In this document: positions 1-8,588 of the stretch, in pieces | How positions within the stretch are numbered: the stretch's first letter is position 1 | How the letters are laid out: each line of letters opens with the position of its first letter | Source of the DNA: Candidatus Fimenecus excrementavium | GTDB lineage: Bacteria > Bacillota > Clostridia > Oscillospirales > Acutalibacteraceae | NCBI GenBank assembly: GCA_018712805.1 | Contig: DVGI01000020.1 | Coordinates: forward strand, 51,725-115,724 | Direction: 5' to 3' | Length of the DNA: 64,000 nt | The notes under the pieces: model-generated | The model's input: only the letters and a program-made list of their open reading frames with translations | What the model was told of the DNA's origin: nothing | The model's database searches: none | Program-made: the position numbers and the translations under genes

Positions 1-611
1 TTGACGTTTTCGTGGTCTGCGTTGCCGACGGTGCCGACAGTCGCCATGCAGTCTGCCGAAACGTTACGCAGCTCGCCGGACGGCAGTCTGAGAAGTGCAT
101 AGATGCCTTCTTTTGCCATCAGCTGTGCGGCATTGCCCGCAGCGCGTGCCAACTGGCCGCCGCGGCCGGGATACAGTTCCACGTTATGGACCATTGTACC
201 GGTCGGGATTGCGCTCAGCGGAAGGGCGTTGCCCACTTTGATGTCCGCGGAAGCACCGGCTTCAATCTTGTCGCCGACTTTCAGGCCGACAGGTGCAAGG
301 ATATATCTTTTTTCGCCGTCCTCATACTGCACAAGTGCGATGTGCGCGGAACGGTTGGGGTCGTACTCTAAGGTGAGCACGGTTGCAGGCATATCTACCT
401 TATCACGTTTGAAATCGATGATACGATATTTTCTGCGGTTGCCGCCGCCTCTGTGGCGAACGGTGATTCTTCCGTAGCTGTTGCGGCCGGCTTTTTTGTT
501 GAGCGGCGCGAGAAGGCTTCTTTCGGGAGCGACCTTCGAAAGCTCGGAATAATCTGTCACCGACATGTTACGTCTTGCGTTGGTTGTCGGTTTGTAGACT
601 TTAATCGACAT
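1..611 (-). CDS. rplB: 50S ribosomal protein L2, N-terminal ~203 codons (3' end lies outside the window)
   Basis: Absent from the ORF track because no stop lies in the window. The reverse complement from ATG at 611-609 reads [26 protein letters not shown]...[18 protein letters not shown], with an AAGGAGAG SD upstream. The plus-strand ORFs 12-371 and 103-477 are its shadows. Confidence 0.9.
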   Translation of the reverse strand, partial: MSIKVYKPTTNARRNMSVTDYSELSKVAPERSLLAPLNKKAGRNSYGRITVRHRGGGNRRKYRIIDFKRDKVDMPATVLTLEYDPNRSAHIALVQYEDGEKRYILAPVGLKVGDKIEAGASADIKVGNALPLSAIPTGTMVHNVELYPGRGGQLARAAGNAAQLMAKEGIYALLRLPSGELRNVSADCMATVGTVGNADHENV

Positions 612-677
612 TTCATTCACTCTCCTTAAAACGATTTAGCGGAGCATGTCGAGGCTCCATACATTATCGTCGGGATT

Positions 678-971
678 TTACATCATGCCGTCGAAGAATT
701 CGATGGTCTTGCTGTCTTCGGTCAGGGTGACAACGGCCTTTTTCCAAGAGGCGGTGTAGCCTTCGAATCTGCCGTATCTTCTCAAGTGACCTTTTACGTT
801 GACGACGTTGACCTTCTGAACCTTGACGCCGAACAGCTTTTCAACTGCCGCTTTGATTTCCGGCTTGGTCGCCTTTTTGTCAACCTTGAAGGTGTATTTC
901 TTCAGCGCCTGACCCATCATGCTTTCTTCTGTGATGACAGGACGAAGGATGATATCTTGTGCCAGTTTCAT
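678..971 (-). CDS. rplW: 50S ribosomal protein L23
   Basis: 97 aa, [18 protein letters not shown]...; position between L4 and L2; its ATG overlaps the rplD stop (TAATG). Confidence 0.95.
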   Translation of the reverse strand: MKLAQDIILRPVITEESMMGQALKKYTFKVDKKATKPEIKAAVEKLFGVKVQKVNVVNVKGHLRRYGRFEGYTASWKKAVVTLTEDSKTIEFFDGMM

Positions 972-1594
972 TACGCATAAACCTCCTCGATCTTTGCAAC
1001 GGCATCCTTGAGCACAACGATGGTGTTGCAGTTGAGAATGTCGTATACATTCAGCGTGTTGACGAGGGTGACGTTTGCGCCTTCAATGTTGCGTGCGCTC
1101 TTGTAAACGACGTCGTTCTTTTCGGGAAGGACGATCAGCGTCTTTTTGCCGGCTTTGATAGCGGCGAGCACATCGGCAACCTCTTTCGTTTTGATGGCGT
1201 CGAGACCGAAGTCGTCAAGCACGATCATTTCTTTTGCCGCGACCTTGGAAGAAAGTGCGGACTTCATAGCAAGTCTTTTGACCTTCTTGTTGACGTCAAA
1301 GCTGTAATCGCGGGGCTTCGGGCCGAGCGCGATACCGCCGTGCGTCCACTGGGGCGCTCTGGTGGAACCCTGTCTTGCGCGACCGGTTCCTTTCTGACGC
1401 CACGGTTTTTTACCGCCGCCGGACACTTCGGAACGAGTGAGTGTCGACTGCGTGCCCTGGCGCTGATTTGCCAGGTAGTTGACAACCATCAGATGCATTG
1501 CCGATTTGCTGGGCTCAATGGCGAAAACGGCTTCGTTGAGCTTAATATCGGAAACTTTCTTGCCGGTTTTATCGAGTACTGCAAGCTTTGTCAT
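971..1594 (-). CDS. rplD: 50S ribosomal protein L4
   Basis: 207 aa with [25 protein letters not shown]; S10-operon order. Confidence 0.95.
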   Translation of the reverse strand: MTKLAVLDKTGKKVSDIKLNEAVFAIEPSKSAMHLMVVNYLANQRQGTQSTLTRSEVSGGGKKPWRQKGTGRARQGSTRAPQWTHGGIALGPKPRDYSFDVNKKVKRLAMKSALSSKVAAKEMIVLDDFGLDAIKTKEVADVLAAIKAGKKTLIVLPEKNDVVYKSARNIEGANVTLVNTLNVYDILNCNTIVVLKDAVAKIEEVYA

Positions 1595-1610
1595 TTAAAC
1601 CACTCCTTCC

Positions 1611-2243
1611 TTATTTTTTCACCGTGTCCGCGAGAACAACGATGCCGCCTTTGGGGCCCGGAATGGCGCCCTTAACGGCGATGAGGTTGTTTTCAGCGTC
1701 AACCTTAACGATGTCGAGATTCTGAATCGTAACGCGTTCTGCACCGAGGTGACCCGCGAGCTTCTTCCCCTTGTAAACTCTGGAAGGATCGGAGCACGCG
1801 CCCAGGGAGCCTGCGTGTCTTGCGACAGGACCTGTACCGTGGGATTCTTTCAGACGGGAGAAGTTCCATCTCTTGATGGCGCCGGCAGTGCCTTTACCTT
1901 TGCCGGTGCCGACAACGTCGACTTTGTCGCCGACCGCGAAGACATCCGCTTTGAGGATGTCACCGACGGAAAGCGCGGAAGTGTCAGCCAGTCTGAACTC
2001 GCGAAGCACTTTCTTCGGCGCAACGTCCGCTTTCTTGAAGTGACCAGCCTGGGGCTTGTTCACTCTTGTGACTTTCACATCACCGAAACCGACCTGAACC
2101 GCTTCATAGCCGTCGTTTTCCATCGTCTTTTTCTGGACGACGACGCACGGACCTGCTTCCACGACGGTTACGGGGATTACTTTACCGCTTTCGTCGAAAA
2201 GCTGCGTCATGCCGATTTTCTTACCGATAAGACCTTTTTGCAT
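1611..2243 (-). CDS. rplC: 50S ribosomal protein L3
   Basis: 210 aa, [33 protein letters not shown]...; S10-operon order. Confidence 0.95.
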   Translation of the reverse strand: MQKGLIGKKIGMTQLFDESGKVIPVTVVEAGPCVVVQKKTMENDGYEAVQVGFGDVKVTRVNKPQAGHFKKADVAPKKVLREFRLADTSALSVGDILKADVFAVGDKVDVVGTGKGKGTAGAIKRWNFSRLKESHGTGPVARHAGSLGACSDPSRVYKGKKLAGHLGAERVTIQNLDIVKVDAENNLIAVKGAIPGPKGGIVVLADTVKK

Positions 2244-2308
2244 TGTTTATTCCTCCTTTGGTTATTGGTTGGCTTTCGCCAACATGACCTGTAAGCGCAA
2301 AACCGAAA

Positions 2309-2626
2309 TTACAGTTTGATTTCGATGTCTACGCCTGCGGGAAGCTCAAGGCCGGTCAGAGCTTCAACGGTCTTGTTTGAAGGTCTGAGAATGTCGATGA
2401 GCCGTTTGTGTGTTCTCTGCTCAAACTGTTCGCGGCTGTCTTTATATTTGTGAACCGCGCGAAGGATGGTGACGACTTCTTTTTCTGTGGGAAGCGGAAC
2501 GGGGCCGGAAACCTGAGCGCCGGTGCGCTTTGCGGTTTCAACGATTTTCTCCGCTGCTCTGTCCACGATGTCGTGATCATAGCCTTTGAGTCTGATGCGA
2601 ATTTTCTTGCCTTTTGCTGCTGCCAT
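2309..2626 (-). CDS. rpsJ: 30S ribosomal protein S10
   Basis: 105 aa from [22 protein letters not shown]...; GGAGG SD about 8 nt upstream of ATG 2626-2624. The 146-aa track ORF is an upstream extension without an SD. Confidence 0.95.
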   Translation of the reverse strand: MAAAKGKKIRIRLKGYDHDIVDRAAEKIVETAKRTGAQVSGPVPLPTEKEVVTILRAVHKYKDSREQFEQRTHKRLIDILRPSNKTVEALTGLELPAGVDIEIKL

Positions 2627-2700
2627 TGTTTTGTTGCCTCCTTGTGAAGTTAGGGCAAATGCTTTTCTGCAACCCTGCCGGGTGTTTTCACCTTTTCGAT

Positions 2701-2730
2701 TATAAAATCCGAAAAACCGGGGTTTTTCGG
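2701..2730 (-). terminator. Terminator/attenuator-like hairpin inside the rpsJ leader
   Basis: The minus strand reads CCGAAAAAC-CCCG-GTTTTTCGG followed by ATTTTATAAT, about 75 nt upstream of the rpsJ ATG. Confidence 0.4.
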
Positions 2731-2935
2731 ACGGCACAGAAAAGCGCACAGTGTCCCTCTTCGGCGCGCAGTTGGGGTACGCAGCCGTAAAGTTTCACAG
2801 TATGGGTCGCCCGGTTTGTAATCGGACATACTCCGCGGTAATTCCCTGCATCAAAGTGCAGCCACCTACCGCATCATCGCATATCAAGTCGCCTAAAAAA
2901 GGACATGGCTCGCCCTTTTCCACGCGTGCTTTGGT

Positions 2936-2964
2936 ATTTTACCATATGGTTTATGAAAATGCAA
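2936..2964 (-). promoter_or_regulatory. Sigma-A-type promoter candidate for the S10 operon
   Basis: Minus strand: TTGCAT, 17-nt spacer, TAAAAT with an upstream TGg (extended -10). This would give a leader of about 300 nt. Confidence 0.45.
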
Positions 2965-3210
2965 CAACTTTTTGAAAAAAAGTTCGTAAAAAAAGCCGAA
3001 ATTTTTCCGACTTGTTTTGTGGAAAAATTCCGGCACAAGATGTTGTGTTTTTTCGTGAAAAACCGTCTTGTTTTACGGGGCTTTCGGTTCGCTTTTTGCC
3101 GTTATTGCGGGCACGAGCAACCAGCCGCAAGGGCTGTCCCTACGGGTTGCGCACAATCAACCGGTTGCTTTTTCGTGGGGACGGCGTTCCACCGCCACCC
3201 GAAAGACTTC

Positions 3211-3470
3211 TGCTCAAGGCCGTTTCCGGGTTGACAAAGAAAAAGATTGATGTCACTGACTGCTCGAATTCGGTGTGTCCGGCGACAGTACCCGCAAAAA
3301 TATTCGTGCAGCTGCTTCCGGGTCAAGGAAGTAAAAGATTGATTTCACTAACTGCTCGAATTCGGCGTGTCCGGCGACAGTACCCGCAAAAATATTCGTG
3401 CAGCTGCTTCCGGGTCAAGAAAGCAAAAGATTGATTTCACTAACTGCTCGAATTCGGTGTGTCCGGCGAC
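3211..3470. repeat. Tandem direct repeat, 92-bp unit, about 2.5 copies plus a degenerate partial copy
   Basis: Units start at 3241, 3333 and 3425 (AAAAGATTGAT[G/T]TCACT...). Copies 1 and 2 differ at about 5 positions by hand alignment. Copy 3 is truncated near 3470 and supplies the last codons and stop of the kinase gene. 3211-3240 resembles a unit end. Confidence 0.85.
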
Positions 3471-5881
3471 ACCGGCGACACGGATTCGGCGATGTCGCCG
3501 TCGTAAGCCAACGGGAGTTTCACCGTCGCTTTGAACAGGTCGCCGTCAATTTGCAGTTCCAGCGCGCCGCCTTGCAGTGTGCAAAGGTCTTTTGCAATCG
3601 AAAGCCCGAGCCCGCTCCCCTCTTTAGTTCGCGACTGGTCCCCGCGCACAAAACGCTGGGTCAGTTCTTCGGGCGGAATGTTCAGCGCCTCGGCGGACAC
3701 GTTTTTCACCGAGAAAATGCCCTCGCCGTTTTCTTCGCGCACGTCCACGTAAACGCGCGTGCCCTCCAGCGAATATTTGCGGGCATTGTTTAACAGATTG
3801 TCAAAGATGCGCCACGTTTTTTGGCTGTCGGCAAAAATCACCGGCGGCGTTTCAGGCGTATTTAACACGATTTCGAGTCGGCGTTCAGCAAAACTGTCTT
3901 CCATTTCGCCGACGGCCTGCGTCGCAAGCTCGCAAAGGTTAACGCGGATTTTGTTAAGCGTAACCGCGCCGGAGGAAACCTTGGAGGCTTCGACTAAATC
4001 TTCAATCAGACGTTTGAGCCGGCCGGATTTCTCGTCGAGCACGCGGATATATTTCTGGGCGGTCTCGTCTTGGATGTCGCATTTTTCGAGCAAATCCACA
4101 TAGGAAATAATCGAAGTCAGCGGCGTTTTCAAATCGTGCGAGACGTTGGTAATCAGCTCGGTTTTCATACGCTCGCCTTTGAGCGCCTCTTCAATCGCCG
4201 CGGCTTTGGACTCCTGCGCGGCAGTGAAATTCTCGGCAAGCGAGCGCAGGGGCTGCGGCATGCTTTGCGTATCCAAAATCTGTGCGGGTTCACCATCATG
4301 CGCTTTTTGGGCGGCGGTTATGATTTTGTCGAGCGAAACGACGTAACGCCAAACCAAAATCAGGCTGATGACATTAAACAAAATCAATAAGAACAGCGCA
4401 ACGCCGATGCGTTCAAACGTAAACAGCGCAAGCACCGCGTTCACGGCAAGATAGAAGAGCGTAAACCAACGTACTTTTTTGGAAAGGGAGGTCAGCTTTG
4501 CAAGGTAGATGCGGCGAAGCGCGCCGAAAAACTTTTTGTTGCCCTTGTGCCACGCGATAAACAGTTTTGCGAGCAGGGTGGAGCGGAAATACGGCCGCCC
4601 CGCCTTATAGCCTTTTGCGACGGAGTTTATCCACTCCATGGCGATTGCATAAACCACAGCCGAAAGCAGAGCGCCGAGCGCGGGGAAGAAAAATTCATCA
4701 GTATAAGAAGAAATCTGATCCGCGCAGGCAACGACCGCCCCCGTGCCGGCAGCGATACCGAGGCCCCAGCTTAACACGAAGTGCAAATCGTTCGGCATTT
4801 TGTCGCCGGGCGCAAGGCAAATGCCCTCCCGTCCGCGCACATGGCCGGTCACAAGCACCAAATACAGCGAAATTACCGCGGCGGCAATCAGCAAGACGAC
4901 CGTTGCAAGACAGCGCGTGCGAATTTGCGACGCGCCGGTCAGGAATTCCTCCTGCGCATCGGCAAAGCTGTCACCGCGTTCGAGCGGCATGGGAATGTCG
5001 AAATAAACATCGTAACCTTTGTCGCTGAAGCGGCTGTTCAACAAATCAGCAAAGGGAATCGCGTAGTTTCCTTGATAAAATGTGTCAATGTTCAGCGAGT
5101 CGGAGTAAAGCGTCAAGCCTTTGTCACAGGTGTAGCCGAAATACCAGTCGGGGCTGTTTAAATATTCTCTAAAGTTTTCTGCCGTGACTTCTGCCGGCAT
5201 ATTGGTAATGACTTCGCCGGTGTCTGTATTATGCAAATAATATTGCACATTTTTCAGTTTGCTGAGCGCCTGCTGCGCCTGCAACACCGAGGACTCAAAC
5301 TCGCGGCGATAATTGGCAAGCGTGCCGGTATAGATTTCTTCGACCGCCTGCCGCGCGTGACTTTCCGAATCTTCGGAATACAGCGTAACTTCCGCCGTTG
5401 GCAGGCTGTTCAGCGGGATTGTCACGATAAATCCGCTGGGGGTCTCGTCTGCTGCATTTGCGCCGTTCAGGGCGTAAGCCGCCGTGGTTTCCTGTGCGTC
5501 GCCGTTACCATCTTCCACGGCTTCTGCGTTGTCGGCGTATTGCTGCCGAATGTCCGCTTTAAACCTTTCAAACTGTTCGACCACATAATCCTGCTCCTCT
5601 TCCAGCGTGTCATAAGCCGGCAGGGCGTCCCGCTCCCAGTTGTTGTCAATATAGGCTTTGCTCAAATCACTCAGGGTAGAGGCAACCTGCTGCTCAAACA
5701 TGGTTGAATCTGTAAAAGATAAATTGTCTCCACTGACGCCCTGCTGCCAGCCGTAGCTGTCGAGGGTCTGCACGACCAGCTGGGTATACCATGCCGCGGA
5801 AAAGACGCAGGCAAGCGCCACCAGGAATGCGACGGTTTTTAAGCCGTAGCTGTATTTAATACTTTTCAATTTTGTATCCAA
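3440..5881 (-). CDS. Sensor histidine kinase with a large N-terminal extracytoplasmic region
   Basis: 813 aa. HisKA H-box ELITNVSHDLKTPLTSIISY; HATPase NLLNNARKYS...GSGLGLSIAKDL; TM segments near residues 17-37 and about 330-530. TTG start overlaps the regulator gene 3' end. Confidence 0.9.
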   Translation of the reverse strand: MDTKLKSIKYSYGLKTVAFLVALACVFSAAWYTQLVVQTLDSYGWQQGVSGDNLSFTDSTMFEQQVASTLSDLSKAYIDNNWERDALPAYDTLEEEQDYVVEQFERFKADIRQQYADNAEAVEDGNGDAQETTAAYALNGANAADETPSGFIVTIPLNSLPTAEVTLYSEDSESHARQAVEEIYTGTLANYRREFESSVLQAQQALSKLKNVQYYLHNTDTGEVITNMPAEVTAENFREYLNSPDWYFGYTCDKGLTLYSDSLNIDTFYQGNYAIPFADLLNSRFSDKGYDVYFDIPMPLERGDSFADAQEEFLTGASQIRTRCLATVVLLIAAAVISLYLVLVTGHVRGREGICLAPGDKMPNDLHFVLSWGLGIAAGTGAVVACADQISSYTDEFFFPALGALLSAVVYAIAMEWINSVAKGYKAGRPYFRSTLLAKLFIAWHKGNKKFFGALRRIYLAKLTSLSKKVRWFTLFYLAVNAVLALFTFERIGVALFLLILFNVISLILVWRYVVSLDKIITAAQKAHDGEPAQILDTQSMPQPLRSLAENFTAAQESKAAAIEEALKGERMKTELITNVSHDLKTPLTSIISYVDLLEKCDIQDETAQKYIRVLDEKSGRLKRLIEDLVEASKVSSGAVTLNKIRVNLCELATQAVGEMEDSFAERRLEIVLNTPETPPVIFADSQKTWRIFDNLLNNARKYSLEGTRVYVDVREENGEGIFSVKNVSAEALNIPPEELTQRFVRGDQSRTKEGSGLGLSIAKDLCTLQGGALELQIDGDLFKATVKLPLAYDGDIAESVSPVSPDTPNSSS

Positions 5882-6545
5882 TGCCCCACACCACTTTCAA
5901 ATACTTCGGTTCTTTCGGGTTGATTTCGATTTTCTCACGGATACGGCGGATATGCACCGTCACGGTTTTTTCGGTGGAAAAAGCGGGCTCGTTCCACACG
6001 GCTTCATAAATTTGGTTGGTGGAAAGGACGCGGCCCATGTTGCGCATGAGCAATTCCAAAATGCCGTATTCCGTTGCAGTCAGGCGAACCGGCTCGCCGT
6101 CAAGGGTGACTTCTTTCGAATCGGGGTCAAGTGTCAGCCCGCCGGTGGTCAGGACGTTTTCGCGGACCTCCATGCTCCCGAGCGAAACATAGCGGCGAAT
6201 TTGCGATTTGACGCGCGCCATAAGCTCCAACGGATTAAACGGTTTGGTGACGTAATCGTCCGCGCCGAACGAAAGGCCGGTGATTTTGTCGGTATCTTCA
6301 CTTTTTGCGGAAAGCAAAATAATCGGGATATTTTTGGTTTCACGCAATTTGAGCGTTGCGTTCAGGCCGTCAAGGCCGGGCATCATGATATCTAATATAA
6401 TGCAATGGATTTCGTTTTCCTGGGCGGCTTTGAGGGCTTCTTCGCCGTTTTCGGCTTTGATGACCTCGTAACCCTCCAAGTGGAGATAAATCTCCAAAGA
6501 ATCCAAAATTGCTTTGTCGTCGTCACAAATTAAAACGGTATACAT
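5856..6545 (-). CDS. OmpR/PhoB-family response regulator
   Basis: 229 aa from MYTVLICDDDKAILDSLEIYL... (receiver), with a winged-helix C-terminus ...TVHIRRIREKIE...YLKVVWGIGYKIE. GAGGGG SD precedes ATG 6545. The upstream 48 codons of the track ORF are rejected. Confidence 0.92.
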   Translation of the reverse strand: MYTVLICDDDKAILDSLEIYLHLEGYEVIKAENGEEALKAAQENEIHCIILDIMMPGLDGLNATLKLRETKNIPIILLSAKSEDTDKITGLSFGADDYVTKPFNPLELMARVKSQIRRYVSLGSMEVRENVLTTGGLTLDPDSKEVTLDGEPVRLTATEYGILELLMRNMGRVLSTNQIYEAVWNEPAFSTEKTVTVHIRRIREKIEINPKEPKYLKVVWGIGYKIEKY

Positions 6546-6715
6546 AACTACCCCTCTTTTATCGGAATAATCGGTTTTCTTTATCATAACAGATTTTTGG
6601 GAAAACGAAAACCTTTTCTTTGGATTTCTTAAAACCCACATTTCTCCTGTATATACTTTATAACAGGAATTTCTAACAAAACAAGCCACAAAAAAGTTAC
6701 AATTCTCTTAAGTGC

Positions 6716-6734
6716 CGCCGGGCACACCGAATCG
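6716..6734. repeat. Inverted partner of an 18-20-mer carried in each 92-bp tandem unit
   Basis: Plus-strand CGCCGGGCACACCGAATCG here. The reverse complement of 3265-3284 is CGCCGGACACACCGAATTCG, giving one mismatch and one indel. Confidence 0.6.
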
Positions 6735-6750
6735 CAGCGCGCGCCAACAC

Positions 6751-6912
6751 GCGGCGAATCGCGGCTTTTACTTTGTAATATAAACAACTTGGTCCTCCCG
6801 ACTCGGCTTCCTTATGATAAAGTGCAATTTACTTTGCGCGTAACGACGGCGCGGGCAGCAAATCGCGGCTTACACTCTAAAAAGAAAACAGCCGTGTCCT
6901 CCCGGCATCGGC
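6751..6912. repeat. Two imperfect direct repeats upstream of the response-regulator gene
   Basis: Both copies (about 6751-6807 and 6851-6912) share AATCGCGGCTT and GTCCTCCCG blocks, spaced 29 vs 32 nt. A third GAATCGCAGC lies at 6729-6738. Confidence 0.5.
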
Positions 6913-6971
6913 ATTGCGCGGGCTGAACAGGGTTCTTTTCCCGACTTTTGAGGGATAAAGCGGTATTACAC

Positions 6972-7006
6972 AAAAAAACAAGGCAGAGTTTTTACACTCT
7001 GCCTTG
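6972..7006 (-). terminator. Rho-independent terminator closing the surface-protein/micro-ORF operon
   Basis: 11-bp perfect stem (CAAGGCAGAGT/ACTCTGCCTTG) with a 6-nt loop, followed on the minus strand by T7. Confidence 0.85.
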
Positions 7007-7061
7007 CTTGTGTTTTGTTAATAAACCCGGTGTGTTTGCACCGATGTCAAAATATCACAGG

Positions 7062-7184
7062 TTAGATTTCCACCCAACCGTCGTCGCCGCCTTCAACAGG
7101 ACCGGTGCCGACAGAGATTGTGATAATATCTTCAACATCATAGAGTGAAACATCGAAATCGGGCGTTGTGTACACTTGTTTCAT
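7062..7184 (-). CDS. Unannotated acidic micro-protein, 40 aa (paralog of 7225-7359)
   Basis: MKQVYTTPDFDVSLYDVEDIITISVGTGPVEGGDDGWVEI. Strong AAGGAGAA SD about 9 nt upstream of the ATG. Below the ORF-track size cutoff. Shares a motif with the neighbouring micro-ORF despite synonymous nucleotide differences. The terminator follows 55 nt downstream. Confidence 0.6.
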   Translation of the reverse strand: MKQVYTTPDFDVSLYDVEDIITISVGTGPVEGGDDGWVEI

Positions 7185-7224
7185 CTGAAGTGTTCTCCTT
7201 TCTTAATTTACCAATTATTTTAAA

Positions 7225-7359
7225 TTACCAAATAATGACTGCATCGCCGCTTCCGTCGTCCGGCAATGACGGTACAACGGAAATATCAGCAATTTTCTCG
7301 TCTTGTTCAAAACGTATAAATTCAAGGTCCGGCGGTGCATATTGCATTTTTGGCTGCAT
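7225..7359 (-). CDS. Unannotated acidic micro-protein, 44 aa (or 40 aa from the ATG at 7347)
   Basis: MQPKMQYAPPDLEFIRFEQDEKIADISVVPSLPDDGSGDAVIIW. Starts 23 nt after the stop of gene 7383-8570; SD is weak (AGGTAG). Shares Y-x-x-P-D-[LF]...[FY]-[ED]...I-S-V...D-D-G with the 40-aa paralog. Confidence 0.5.
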   Translation of the reverse strand: MQPKMQYAPPDLEFIRFEQDEKIADISVVPSLPDDGSGDAVIIW

Positions 7360-7382
7360 TGTCACTACCTACTTACTTTCAA

Positions 7383-8570
7383 TTATCCAGCAAAGGGATA
7401 TGCAGCAAGGTAAGAATCAACAATAGTCTGATAATTGGTATCCAGGAGAGCGGTCTGCGCTGCATCATAGAATGCATACTGCGTAGCACCTTCAGCATCT
7501 GTATACTCAACATATGCAATGTAAGTTGCATCCGAACGGGTTTCAGCGCTTGTAATCTGGATGATTGCGCCGAAGTAAGCATCGGAAGAATCGTCAGCTT
7601 TCTGGACATAAGTGGTGGTCGCTACATCGTAGCCGGCAGCCGAGCCACCCTTAGCAACGGACTTTGCAGTTTCAAGGTCGAAACCGGCGGTGCCTTTGTA
7701 AGCAACGAAGCCGAGCTTAGTGAGCGCGTTGTTGCCGCCAGCAGCGGTGTTCGCGAAGTAGGTATCCCAGTCAGCGTCGGTAATCACAGAGGTTACACGG
7801 AACTGGAATGCATCTTCAACGGTGGTCGGGCTGTTCGGAGTCATCTTGACTTCAGCCTTGGACTTCGCAACGACAGGGCCTGCGGGCTCGTCAGAAACTA
7901 CAGTAACCTTAGCCATAGACTGCGTCAGGTCGTATGCAGTATTTTGATAGCGTGTGCCACCTGCAGGGGACATATAAGAAACATTTTTCAAATAGGTTGC
8001 TTCATGGTTACCAACCCAGATTTCTTCACCGGGCTGAACATCGTCGGAAACAACCATTTTGAATGTGCACATGGGGGTGTTTTCATCTTCAGGAGTCCAG
8101 CCCTGACCAGGTTTATTGATAACACCTAAACCAGTGTCCACAACACCATTCATCAAAATAGCGCTTGTGTAATATGCCTGCTCTTCTTCAGTAAGGTTCG
8201 CTGCCAACTGTGCAATAGGATAAGCAAAGTTAACAGTCGAAGTCTGTTTCATGAAGTTTGCGCAACCATTAACATATTCTCTAAATTCTGTGTTCGTTGT
8301 GGAAACAGGATTCACTTGCTTGTTGTTGTACACGAGGGTCGTCATCCAAGGGCCAAAATCCCCTGTGTAGCTACCACCCGTTTTAACATAAATAGAATAA
8401 GTGATCGTGTCTCCCGCTTTTACTTCTGTTTTATCAGCTTTAACAATGATACCCAAATCACCTGAGTTCAAGGAAGGGGTATAAGTAAGAGCTTGGGCTG
8501 GTAAAACAAATAATGAACACAGCATTACAAGTGCTATAACTAATGATAGTACTTTTTTTGCTTTTTTCAT
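7383..8570 (-). CDS. Secreted protein with an N-terminal cohesin-like beta domain, function unknown
   Basis: 395 aa. Signal peptide MKKAKKVLSLVIALVMLCSLFVLPAQA; IIVKADKTEVKAGDTITYSIYVKT... resembles a cohesin-type sandwich. GGAGG SD. No dockerin, LPXTG or SLH motif seen. Confidence 0.75.
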   Translation of the reverse strand: MKKAKKVLSLVIALVMLCSLFVLPAQALTYTPSLNSGDLGIIVKADKTEVKAGDTITYSIYVKTGGSYTGDFGPWMTTLVYNNKQVNPVSTTNTEFREYVNGCANFMKQTSTVNFAYPIAQLAANLTEEEQAYYTSAILMNGVVDTGLGVINKPGQGWTPEDENTPMCTFKMVVSDDVQPGEEIWVGNHEATYLKNVSYMSPAGGTRYQNTAYDLTQSMAKVTVVSDEPAGPVVAKSKAEVKMTPNSPTTVEDAFQFRVTSVITDADWDTYFANTAAGGNNALTKLGFVAYKGTAGFDLETAKSVAKGGSAAGYDVATTTYVQKADDSSDAYFGAIIQITSAETRSDATYIAYVEYTDAEGATQYAFYDAAQTALLDTNYQTIVDSYLAAYPFAG

Positions 8571-8588
8571 TATTCTTTTCCTCCTGTT

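Noticed and set aside
12-477. Plus-strand track ORFs 12-371 and 103-477.
   Set aside because: They lie antisense to an unmistakable rplB reading frame, have no SD and have Arg/Ala/Cys-rich junk composition.
2309-2749. The 146-aa extended version of the S10 ORF. Similar N-terminal extensions appear for the RR, PadR, ppdK, rsmA, prfA, TSCPD and lipoprotein ORFs.
   Set aside because: Internal ATG or TTG starts with a proper SD reproduce the canonical protein N-termini. The extensions overlap upstream genes or leaders and add non-homologous residues.
3211-3470. Possible CRISPR array, given its regularly spaced repeats.
   Set aside because: The 92-bp units are contiguous with no unique spacers, the unit length is far outside the CRISPR repeat range, and there are no cas genes in the window.
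7062-7359. The micro-ORFs as RiPP precursors, since their YxxP[DE][LF] start resembles RRE-bound leader motifs of lasso and other RiPPs.
   Set aside because: There is no Cys/Ser/Thr-rich core, and no radical-SAM, cyclase, protease, ATP-grasp or dedicated transporter gene within about 10 kb. I kept them only as unexplained conserved peptides.
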